Below are positions 18,065-26,421 of a DNA stretch of 64,000 nt, in pieces. The DNA is from Pusillimonas sp. UBA6240 (GTDB lineage Bacteria > Pseudomonadota > Gammaproteobacteria > Burkholderiales > Burkholderiaceae_B), in assembly GCA_002441445.1 (NCBI GenBank), contig DJWC01000085.1, forward strand, positions 34,798 through 98,797, written 5' to 3'. The first letter of the stretch is position 1; every line of letters starts with the position of its first letter. The position numbers and the translations under genes are program-made. The notes beneath the pieces are model-generated. The model was not told the DNA's origin. It saw only the letters and a list, made by a program, of their open reading frames with translations, and did no database searches.

Positions 18065-18922
18065 TCATTTATGGATATTCATCAAGCGGCGTGCGTTCCC
18101 ATGGAGCACATTTTCTTCGATATGCGCGGGAAAGTTCCATGATTTGTATGCCTGCACGGTCTCTTTCAGCGGCTTGAAGGGGTAGGCGGAGCCGAATAGG
18201 GTACGCTCGGGCAGGAAGGTCAAAGCCGCTTTTGCGAAATCATTGCTGCCAGGGAACTCGGGGATCAAATACATATCCGGCGACACCCAGATATTCGGGC
18301 ATGCTATGGCAAGAGCGACCATCTCCATGGTGTACGGCCACGCCGCATGGCCAATATGGAACGCCAGGCCAGGGAAGTCTTTGGACGCCTTGGCGAGATA
18401 TTGGGGCCTGATTTTTTCAAGCAATTGCTGGCTGCCCACTTGTAGGGGGGAGCTCATGGAAATGTTGATGGGCAACCCTTTTTCTTCGCATAGCTCGAAT
18501 ATTGGATACAGCTTTGTATCGCCGCCATGTTCATATTGAGGGCTCAGCGTGGGCTCTATCGATATTCCCCGATAGAGTCCGCCGGCGAGAACACGATGGA
18601 GTTCCTCCATGCTGCTTTCCAAAGGGCCGTCCACATCTATGCCAGCCCACGCGAAAAATCTTTCGGGGTGCTGTGTCACCAACCCTTCCAGCTCACTGTT
18701 CGGCAGTTGGCCGAATGGCGCCGGCGACTGCCTCCCCATGACGACACCGATCTCTACCCCCGCTTCGTCCATCTCGGAAAGCAAGTCGGAGATCGATCCT
18801 GTTTGAGCCGATTTTGGCCTAGGGAAGCCGGTGATGGCCAAGTAATCGAAAGAGCTCTTTGAAAACATTCGGGTATTTTTCCAGCCCGGAAGCGGCGGCC
18901 GCAGCCGCATGTCTATCGTCAT
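18065..18922 (-). CDS. Amidohydrolase-2 family protein, paralog of the downstream gene, atypical active-site motifs
   Basis: The ATG at 18922 (MTIDMRLRPP...) is preceded by gagg. ...IGHAAWPY..., ...LFGSAYP... The track ORF from 18976 is a probable over-extension. Confidence 0.7.
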   Translation of the reverse strand: MTIDMRLRPPLPGWKNTRMFSKSSFDYLAITGFPRPKSAQTGSISDLLSEMDEAGVEIGVVMGRQSPAPFGQLPNSELEGLVTQHPERFFAWAGIDVDGPLESSMEELHRVLAGGLYRGISIEPTLSPQYEHGGDTKLYPIFELCEEKGLPINISMSSPLQVGSQQLLEKIRPQYLAKASKDFPGLAFHIGHAAWPYTMEMVALAIACPNIWVSPDMYLIPEFPGSNDFAKAALTFLPERTLFGSAYPFKPLKETVQAYKSWNFPAHIEENVLHGNARRLMNIHK

Positions 18923-18979
18923 ACCAACCTCATGATTACGTGGGCAGCCATGGCGGCCGCCCACTCGACAACGCAAGCG

Positions 18980-19954
18980 CTAATCCGCGGTCGCGCCTGT
19001 TTCTTTGATGATCCGCCCCCACTGAGCCGTTTCAGATTTTATGAAATCGCCAAATTCATCAGGGCTCATTTTCATGGGCTCCGCGCCCCAGTCGGCGAAT
19101 TGTTGCCGGACATCCGATTCGGCCAGCACGCTGGATATTTGAGAATTCAGCCACTGAACGACGCTTTTCGGCGTGCCGGCCGGCGCGGCGATTCCGTACC
19201 AGGTGATGGCTTCAAACCCGGGGACCGCGGTTTCGGCTATCGTCGGCACTTGGGGGGCGATGGCGGACCGATGGGAGCCGCTCACAGCGATCGCTTTGAT
19301 CTTTCCCCCCTGGGCGGCCTTGCTGCCGGTGACCATCGAATCGAACATGACCGAAGTCTCTCCGCCCATGAGCGCGGTAAGAGCAGGGGCGCCGCCGCGA
19401 TACGGTATATGCAGCAAATCTATGCCTGTCTTCTTTTTAAGCAGCTCCATCGCCAGATGGGGAGCCGACCCGATTCCGGCGCTTCCGTAGGTATAGCCGC
19501 CCGGCTTGGACTTGAAAAGCTCCAGCATTTCCTTGACGTCGCTTGTGGGAAATGACACGTTGGTCAGCAATATCAACGGTGAACTTGCTACGGGAGACAC
19601 GGGCGTCAAATCCTTTTGCACATCGAATCCCGGATTTTTGTAAAGCGACATATTGATGGCATGCCCCACTACTAAAAAGAGCAGCGTATATCCATCCGGA
19701 GCTGACTTGACGACTTCATTGGCGCCGATATTTCCCCCCGCTCCGCCTTTGTTCTCCACGACGAAATTGGCGCCTGTTTTCTCCGTCAGCTTCTGGGCCA
19801 GCTTCCGCGCAATGAGGTCGGTCGGACCGCCCGCCGGGTAAGTTATGACCAGCTTTACGGGCCTGTCCGGATAGGCGGCCTGCGTTTGCGCCGCCGGCAG
19901 CAGCATCATGGCAAATGAGATTGCCGACCAGCGATAGAATTTCTTGAGATTCAT
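18980..19954 (-). CDS. Bug/TctC-family periplasmic substrate-binding protein
   Basis: 324 aa. Signal peptide ...TQAA, then YPDRPVKLVITYPAGGPTD. Confidence 0.9.
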   Translation of the reverse strand: MNLKKFYRWSAISFAMMLLPAAQTQAAYPDRPVKLVITYPAGGPTDLIARKLAQKLTEKTGANFVVENKGGAGGNIGANEVVKSAPDGYTLLFLVVGHAINMSLYKNPGFDVQKDLTPVSPVASSPLILLTNVSFPTSDVKEMLELFKSKPGGYTYGSAGIGSAPHLAMELLKKKTGIDLLHIPYRGGAPALTALMGGETSVMFDSMVTGSKAAQGGKIKAIAVSGSHRSAIAPQVPTIAETAVPGFEAITWYGIAAPAGTPKSVVQWLNSQISSVLAESDVRQQFADWGAEPMKMSPDEFGDFIKSETAQWGRIIKETGATAD

Positions 19955-20028
19955 CTTGCTCTCCTTTGGGTTGATTGTGTTGGCTCAGGTTGCTGTATAA
20001 GTTTTGGCATATATCGCCGGAAATGAGG

Positions 20029-21183
20029 TCATGGGCTGGTTGCGCGCTGGGGAAAGCTACGCTCGAATACGCCTTCCGCTATCCTGTTTTTGAGTATTTC
20101 GATAGAGCCTCCGGCGATCATCCAGCCCCGGCAGCGGCGCACGCAGTACTCTACCAATGACTCTTTGCTGTATCCCATGCCGCCCATGACCTGGAGGGCT
20201 TCATTCGCGACATCGAAGCCCACCTGATTGCAATATGCTTTTGCAATGGCCGTTTCCATCACTGAGGGAAAGCCGGTGTCGGCCGACGCGGCGGCCCGGT
20301 AAAGCAGCATCTGGGCCGCATCCAGCTTGATGCGCATGTCCGCGAATTTCCATTGCAAGCCTTGAAACTCGCACAGCAATCGGCCGAATTGTTTGCGCTG
20401 CATCGCCCAGTTGCGCGCCTCTTCATAGGCATAGCGGCCAAGGGCCAACGAGCGGGAGGTATTGCCTATGCGCTCGACGTTGAAGCCGGATATCTGCCTT
20501 TTGAAGCCCCCCTCGCCAAGCACCAACTGTTCTCCGGGGATATAGGCATTGTCAAAGAATATTTCCGCCCATTCTTCATCGGACATGAAAGAGGACCGTT
20601 TTCCCAGCTTCACGCCCTCGCCCTTGGTTTCTATGAGTACAGAGCCGATGCCGTTGATGCCGGGCCCGAACCGTACGTAGGCAAGCACGAAATCGGCATG
20701 CGGCCCGTGAGTGGTGAATATTTTTGAGCCGTTTATGCGCCATCCGGAGCCGTCCTTGGTGGCGGTGGTCTTCAATTCAGTGACTGCGGAACCGGCTTCG
20801 GGTTCGGTCATCCCGACGGAAATGAGCGCTGTTCCCGCTAAAAGCGGCTGCAAGTATTTTTCCTTTTGAAAGCCGGTGCCGTATTCCGCCAGCACGCGAA
20901 TCGCACCAAAATTGCCGGCCTGGATGACATCCGCGCTGCGGGGGCATACAGAAGCTACGGCTTCTATGGCGATCACGGCATCCATCAATGAGCCGCCCGC
21001 GCCGCCGTCCTCTTCCGCGATAGTGATTCCCAGCAGCCCTTGTGAGCTCATGGCGCGGGCTACATCCCATGGGTATGCCTGCGAATGCGCCCGTTCGACG
21101 GCGCCGCTCAGCAAGGTCTTTTCCGAGAATCGACGCACTGCCGTCTGAAATTCCTGCTGCTCAGGTGAAAGAGTAAAGTCCAT
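20029..21183 (-). CDS. Acyl-CoA dehydrogenase family protein
   Basis: 384 aa. MDFTLSPEQQEFQ..., ISVGMTEPEAGS. The C-terminus MIAGGSIEILKNRIAE has Gly at the usual YEG Glu position. Confidence 0.85.
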   Translation of the reverse strand: MDFTLSPEQQEFQTAVRRFSEKTLLSGAVERAHSQAYPWDVARAMSSQGLLGITIAEEDGGAGGSLMDAVIAIEAVASVCPRSADVIQAGNFGAIRVLAEYGTGFQKEKYLQPLLAGTALISVGMTEPEAGSAVTELKTTATKDGSGWRINGSKIFTTHGPHADFVLAYVRFGPGINGIGSVLIETKGEGVKLGKRSSFMSDEEWAEIFFDNAYIPGEQLVLGEGGFKRQISGFNVERIGNTSRSLALGRYAYEEARNWAMQRKQFGRLLCEFQGLQWKFADMRIKLDAAQMLLYRAAASADTGFPSVMETAIAKAYCNQVGFDVANEALQVMGGMGYSKESLVEYCVRRCRGWMIAGGSIEILKNRIAEGVFERSFPQRATSP

Positions 21184-21225
21184 GTATGTTGCTTCCAGAA
21201 AGTTCCTGTCATTCCATTGGCTGCG

Positions 21226-23310
21226 TCAGCTCAGACGCATCAAGGCGTCGACGGCAATGACGCCGTCGCGGCGTACAAAGAGGGGGTTGATTTCTGCTTC
21301 CGCTACCTGCACGCCCTCAAGTACCGCAAGGCGCGAGAACCGTACGATGGCTTGGGCAAGCGCGGCGCAATCGCCCCGAGGCAGGCCGCGATAGCCTCTG
21401 ATCAGTTCCGTATGCCGCAGGGACTCGATCATTTCGTAGGCGCCTCGCTCATCGACGGGGGCCATTCGGACTGAGAAGTCCTTGATCAGCTCTGCGGTGA
21501 TGCCCCCCGCACCGAGCATGACGACGGGACCGACAAGGGGGTCGTTCACGAATCCCAGTATGAGCTCGATCAAACGGTCTTCCATTTTTTGAACCAGGAT
21601 GCCGTCGATGCGAGCTTGAGGGCAATGTTCGCGCACGTCTCTCAATAGCTCGGGTACTTGCCTTGCCAGGTCCGTATCGTTCTCGATAGCCATCCGCACT
21701 CCGCCCGCCTCGGTTTTGTGCGCGAGGTCTCGCGAACAAACCTTGATCACAACCGGATAGGGAACGTCATGTTTGAGTTCCGGCGGCGAAACCAGCTTTG
21801 CCTGCGCGACTTCAATACCGAGATCACTCAATACCTCGCAAGCCTCATGCTCCGTCAATGGGCCATGGATAGGCAGATTTTTCCTCCAGGCCGGGGCATC
21901 GCATGCCGGGCTTGCCGGAAATTCCACAGGGTTCCGTCGTTGAAAAAAGCTCGCCAGCGCATCTGCGCACGCCTCGGGTGTACGAAAGCCTGCTATTGAA
22001 TGCTGTTGAAGACGGGCCAGCGACTCGGGCGCATTCGGCGATAGGAATGCGGCCAGCGGCTTATCGGCGGGTTTGGCGGCGGCGATAAGAGGACGCACCG
22101 CCAGATCGGGATGGAACTGTGCGGAAGAGCCCACCACGCTAAGTACTGCGTCGCACCAAGGAGCCTGGAGAAGTTGCTCCAGCAAATCCTGGTACTGGGC
22201 GCTGCTCGCGGCCAAGGTAAGATCCATGACGGGGGAGGGGCGAAGCTTCAGGCCCCGTGCAGCCATATGGGCGATGAATTCGTCTGGTGGCACAACTGTC
22301 TCGAGCCCGCGTGTGCCGAGATTGTCGACCACCGTTGCCGCCCCGCCTCCTGTGGTGGTGACCACCGCAACGCGCGGCTTGGTCTTTATAGGAATTGGCG
22401 CCTTGAAATATTGAACCGCCAGCGGCACGATTTCGAAGAGAGACTCGAGCATGTTGACTCGAATGACACAGTGGCTCTGGAAGAATGCGTCCATGGCGGC
22501 ATCGTTCCCGGCAATGGCGCCCGTATGAGACTGCGCAAGTTGATTGCCTTGCTCGGAACGCCCCAGCTTATAAACGATAACGGGCTTGCCCGCCGCATGA
22601 GCCCGCTTTAAGGCAGCGGCCATGATAGGAGCATGCCTTATGGTTTCCAAGAAAAGCAAGATGGCCCCGGTCTGGGGGTCATCGACCAACGCGTCTATGA
22701 TTTCGCCGACGGATATATCGCTCTCATTGCCAACGGAGACCGACTTGGCGAACCCGAACCCGCGTGCGGACGCCCGTGATAGCAGCGAGCCCATCATGGA
22801 TCCGCTTTGCGAGATCACGCTTATCGAGCCGGGTATCAGGTTTTCCGCCTCGAACGCCGCATTCACGGAAACGATGCAGCCCGCTGCAATATCCACCGCC
22901 CCAATGCTATTAGGTCCCAGGACGCGCAAACCCAGGGACTTTGCTTTTTCGACAAGCTGGACCTGTAGTTGCATCCCTTCTTCGCCCGCTTCGCTGAATC
23001 CGTCGGAATAAACGCTGACGACTTTCGCACCGGCGGCGGCGCATTGGTCCAGCAGTCCGGGTACATGGCTTCCAGGGACCATGATGAAAACATGATCGAC
23101 CGGATCGGGCAATGATGCGAGATCCGGGTAGCAGGTTTCCCCGAGTACCTTTCCATGAGATGGATTTATGGGATATACCTTTCCGCTGAAGCCATGCTTG
23201 CGCATGAATAAAAGCGGTCTCGCTGTATTTTTTTTAATGTTGCCCGAAACCCCTACAAGCGCGACGCGGCGAGGAGAAAGCAGGCATTGGGCAAAGGTCC
23301 GGTTTTTCAT
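21226..23310 (-). CDS. ADP/NDP-forming acyl-CoA synthetase (acetate--CoA ligase family), paralog of 8708..10828
   Basis: SPRRVALVGVSGN (CoA-binding) and C-terminal ATP-grasp ...VVIKVCSRDLAHKTEAGGVRMAI... Start at ATG 23310 was chosen by alignment to the paralog. GTG at 23349 is possible. Confidence 0.85.
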   Translation of the reverse strand: MKNRTFAQCLLSPRRVALVGVSGNIKKNTARPLLFMRKHGFSGKVYPINPSHGKVLGETCYPDLASLPDPVDHVFIMVPGSHVPGLLDQCAAAGAKVVSVYSDGFSEAGEEGMQLQVQLVEKAKSLGLRVLGPNSIGAVDIAAGCIVSVNAAFEAENLIPGSISVISQSGSMMGSLLSRASARGFGFAKSVSVGNESDISVGEIIDALVDDPQTGAILLFLETIRHAPIMAAALKRAHAAGKPVIVYKLGRSEQGNQLAQSHTGAIAGNDAAMDAFFQSHCVIRVNMLESLFEIVPLAVQYFKAPIPIKTKPRVAVVTTTGGGAATVVDNLGTRGLETVVPPDEFIAHMAARGLKLRPSPVMDLTLAASSAQYQDLLEQLLQAPWCDAVLSVVGSSAQFHPDLAVRPLIAAAKPADKPLAAFLSPNAPESLARLQQHSIAGFRTPEACADALASFFQRRNPVEFPASPACDAPAWRKNLPIHGPLTEHEACEVLSDLGIEVAQAKLVSPPELKHDVPYPVVIKVCSRDLAHKTEAGGVRMAIENDTDLARQVPELLRDVREHCPQARIDGILVQKMEDRLIELILGFVNDPLVGPVVMLGAGGITAELIKDFSVRMAPVDERGAYEMIESLRHTELIRGYRGLPRGDCAALAQAIVRFSRLAVLEGVQVAEAEINPLFVRRDGVIAVDALMRLS

Positions 23311-23657
23311 GGTTCCGCTGGGAATGTGTGCTGAGTTGCTACGGTTCACAGTCTATCGGGGTATTTCCGCTGAGCTTTGAAAAAAAGGAAAGCGTCCCAT
23401 CACAATAGAGCGGGGCTTTGAAAAAGAAGGCTTCGTTTCCGATTCGGCAAACCAGGGGCGGCTGCGCTTATTTATGATGGCGCTACACGAATGAACATTT
23501 ATAAAGGGGCGGAATTGAATATTCGGCATGACCATATGTCGGCCAGGCGCGGTGCGAAGCAGCGTCCTGAGGGATCGGCATATCGACGCGATCCTGGAAA
23601 GCGCCATGGTCTGATACGGGCCAAGGGCGCCGGCCGCATCAACGAGGCGTAAAAAAC

Positions 23658-25085
23658 ATGTTCTATCCATCATTGTCCTTATTTATCAATGGCCAGTGGC
23701 ATTTCGCCGAAAGGGGCCACATCGATGTCGTGGAGCCCGCCACAGGAGAAATACTGGGGAAGCTTCCCGTTGCCTCGGCGGATGACGTCGAACGCGCCAT
23801 CCAGGCCGCCCACATGGCTTTTCCCGCTTGGAGCAGAACGCCTGCGCTGGAACGCGCAGGCATCCTGCGCCGTGCCGGCGCGATTCTGAGGTCACGCGCC
23901 GCCGAGTTGTCCCCTCTCATCACCAGGGAGCTCGGCAAGCCGCTGAAAGAGGCCATGGGAGAAGTGGAGACGGCCGCCGAGATGTTCGACTGGGCGGCCG
24001 AAGAAGCCAGGCGCACCTACGGACGCATTGTCCCTGCCCGTATTCTTGGTATGCGGCAGATGGTAACGCTCGAAGCGGTAGGTCCCGTTGCGGCGTTCTC
24101 TGGGTGGAATGCTCCGGCCATAACACCATCGCGCAAGATCTCGGGCGCTCTGGCCGCTGGCTGTACCGTGGTCATAAAGCCCGCTGAAGAAACCCCAGCC
24201 GTCGCGCTCGGAATCGCCGCGGCGCTTCAAGAAGCCGGGCTGCCGCCGGGGGTACTGAATATGGTTTTCGGCGACCCCGCGGCTATTTCCATGCAATTGC
24301 TGGATTCGCCATTGATCAGCGCTGTGACCTTCACTGGTTCGACGGCAATCGGGCGCTCACTGGCCCAGCAAGCGGCAAAATCGTTGAAGCGCATTACTCT
24401 CGAACTGGGTGGCCACGCGCCCGTGCTGGTTTTCGAGGACGCGGACATCGATGCGGCTGTTGCGGCTATCGGTGCCGCCAAGTTCCGGAACTCGGGGCAA
24501 GTATGCACATCGCCCACGCGCATCTACGTACAGGATTCCGTCTATCGGGATTTTGCTGAAAAACTTGCCCATAAGGCATGTAGCCTGAAAGTGGGCAACG
24601 GTCTGGACGAGGGCGTGCAGATGGGCCCTTTGGCGAACCCTCGCCGGCTGGCAGCCATGCAGCAGCTTACCGATGACGCCCGTGCCAACGGGGCGACCAT
24701 TGCCGCAGGCGGAAAGCGCTTATATGACAGGGGCTGGTTCTGGTCGCCGACCGTGATCACCGATTTCACCGATGCGTGTGCGGCGGCGAGCATTGAGCCT
24801 TTCGGCCCGATGGCGCTGGTGCGCTCGTTTTCCACCTTCGATGAGGGCATCGGCGCAGCCAACCGTTTGCCTTTCGGGCTGGCTTCCTATGTATTCAGCC
24901 AACATACCAAAACCGTCAAGGCGGCAAGCCTTGCCATCCAGAGCGGTGTAGTCTGCGTTAATCATTGCCAGGCTTCCGTACCAGAGACTCCCTTCGGCGG
25001 TGTAAAGGACAGCGGTATCGGTCGTGAAGGCGGAGTCGAGGGCCTGCGCGAATTCATGCAGGTGAAATACATAAGCGAACTGTAA
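23658..25085 (+). CDS. NAD(P)+-dependent aldehyde dehydrogenase
   Basis: 475 aa. Motifs ELGGHAP and catalytic-Cys context GQVCTSPTR. Also FTGSTAIG. Confidence 0.9.
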   Translation: MFYPSLSLFINGQWHFAERGHIDVVEPATGEILGKLPVASADDVERAIQAAHMAFPAWSRTPALERAGILRRAGAILRSRAAELSPLITRELGKPLKEAMGEVETAAEMFDWAAEEARRTYGRIVPARILGMRQMVTLEAVGPVAAFSGWNAPAITPSRKISGALAAGCTVVIKPAEETPAVALGIAAALQEAGLPPGVLNMVFGDPAAISMQLLDSPLISAVTFTGSTAIGRSLAQQAAKSLKRITLELGGHAPVLVFEDADIDAAVAAIGAAKFRNSGQVCTSPTRIYVQDSVYRDFAEKLAHKACSLKVGNGLDEGVQMGPLANPRRLAAMQQLTDDARANGATIAAGGKRLYDRGWFWSPTVITDFTDACAAASIEPFGPMALVRSFSTFDEGIGAANRLPFGLASYVFSQHTKTVKAASLAIQSGVVCVNHCQASVPETPFGGVKDSGIGREGGVEGLREFMQVKYISEL

Positions 25086-25104
25086 TGAACTATAGAGACG
25101 ATTC

Positions 25105-25497
25105 ATGGTTAACGAAAAACGCATACTTGAAGTCTTGCCGGCCATAGTCAATGGCAACGACCGCCTGGTATGGCGGGGAAGGCACTTGGCCACTGTGATG
25201 TTGCTGCAGGTCGGGCAAAGAGAATACCTGTTCGATATCCGCCAAGGCGGTATCGAACGCATACGCCTTGGTTCGTTCCCCATGCCTGCGTGGGACTTCG
25301 CCTTGCGTGCAGAAGAAAATACATGGGAACAGTTCTGGCTTGCGGTGCCTCCTCCCGGCTTTCACGATTTATTCGCGTTGGTCAAGAGCCGCCGCTTGCG
25401 CATTGAAGGAAACCTTTACCCCTTTATGTCCAACCTTCTATATTTCAAGGATCTCTTGGCCTCGATCCGTATGGGTGCGAACGGGAGCAAAGAATGA
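25105..25497 (+). CDS. Small SCP2 (sterol-carrier-protein-2)-like domain protein
   Basis: 130 aa. Resembles SCP2-fold accessory proteins (WEQFW...LFALVKSRRLRIEGNLYPFMSNLLYFKDL). Translationally coupled (ATGA) to the hydrolase. The family call is tentative. Confidence 0.55.
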   Translation: MVNEKRILEVLPAIVNGNDRLVWRGRHLATVMLLQVGQREYLFDIRQGGIERIRLGSFPMPAWDFALRAEENTWEQFWLAVPPPGFHDLFALVKSRRLRIEGNLYPFMSNLLYFKDLLASIRMGANGSKE

Positions 25498-26354
25498 AAA
25501 ACTCCACGGATATCTCTTTCGAGCCCGTCGTTGGCCGGTATCTGAATTTGCCGCTGCTTGGCAAGCCGCAACGCCTCTACATTGAAGAGGCGGGTTCAGG
25601 CATTCCTCTTTTGTGCCTTCATACAGCCGGCGCGGACAGCCGGCAGTATCGCGCGCTCATGAACGATCCAGAACTGCTGGAGCAATTTCGGATCATCGCA
25701 TTCGATCTCCCCTGGCATGGAAAGTCGTCGCCTCCGGCGGGCTGGCAGAACGAGCCATACAAGTTGACGTCGAAGGATTATGTCAGCGTTATTCTTGCTG
25801 TGGCGGACGCCCTGCAGCTCGATAAGCCCCTGGTCATGGGGTGCTCCATAGGTGGCCGGATTGTGCTGCATCTTGCTTTGGAGCATCCGGAGCGATTCCG
25901 CGGCCTCATAGGGCTGCAGTCCGGTGCGCATGTGGATCCTTACTATGATCTCGAATGGCTGCACCGTCCGGACGTGCATGGGGGCGAAGTGTGTGCCGGC
26001 ATCGTATCGGGGCTGGTAGGGCCGCAAAGTCCTGTCGAGCACCGCTGGGAGACACTCTGGCATTACATGCAGGGTGGGCCGGGCGTGTTCAAGGGCGATC
26101 TATACTTTTACACCGTCGATGGCGACATGCGCGATCGGGTTGCCCAGATAGATACCTCCAAGTGCCCTTTATGGCTTTTGACTGGGGAATACGACTATTC
26201 ATGCACGCCGCAAGATACGGAATTCCTGGGTAAAAGCATCCAGGGGGCGGATTGGCAGATCATGAAGGGGATGGGTCACTTCCCCATGAGCGAGGATCCG
26301 CAGCGATTTCTGCAATACCTCAAGCCGGTACTGGCGAAAGCCCGGTCAATGTGA
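25494..26354 (+). CDS. Alpha/beta-fold hydrolase
   Basis: 286 aa. HTAGAD oxyanion region, nucleophile elbow GCSIGG, C-terminal GHFPMSEDP (His). Confidence 0.85.
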   Translation: MKNSTDISFEPVVGRYLNLPLLGKPQRLYIEEAGSGIPLLCLHTAGADSRQYRALMNDPELLEQFRIIAFDLPWHGKSSPPAGWQNEPYKLTSKDYVSVILAVADALQLDKPLVMGCSIGGRIVLHLALEHPERFRGLIGLQSGAHVDPYYDLEWLHRPDVHGGEVCAGIVSGLVGPQSPVEHRWETLWHYMQGGPGVFKGDLYFYTVDGDMRDRVAQIDTSKCPLWLLTGEYDYSCTPQDTEFLGKSIQGADWQIMKGMGHFPMSEDPQRFLQYLKPVLAKARSM

Positions 26355-26421
26355 CCTGTTATTGCGTGATGGCCGGAAGCTGCGCCTTCGACCATCGCGG
26401 AGCGCGCGTTCGTTGAATTCG

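Noticed and set aside
23353-23673. 106-aa - strand ORF filling the divergent ACS/ALDH control region and ending 4 nt before the possible GTG start of the ACS gene
   Set aside because: No recognisable family, Arg/Ser-rich, and no SD. Its start would lie inside the ALDH coding region and it spans what looks like a promoter region with phased repeats. Possible, but unsupported.
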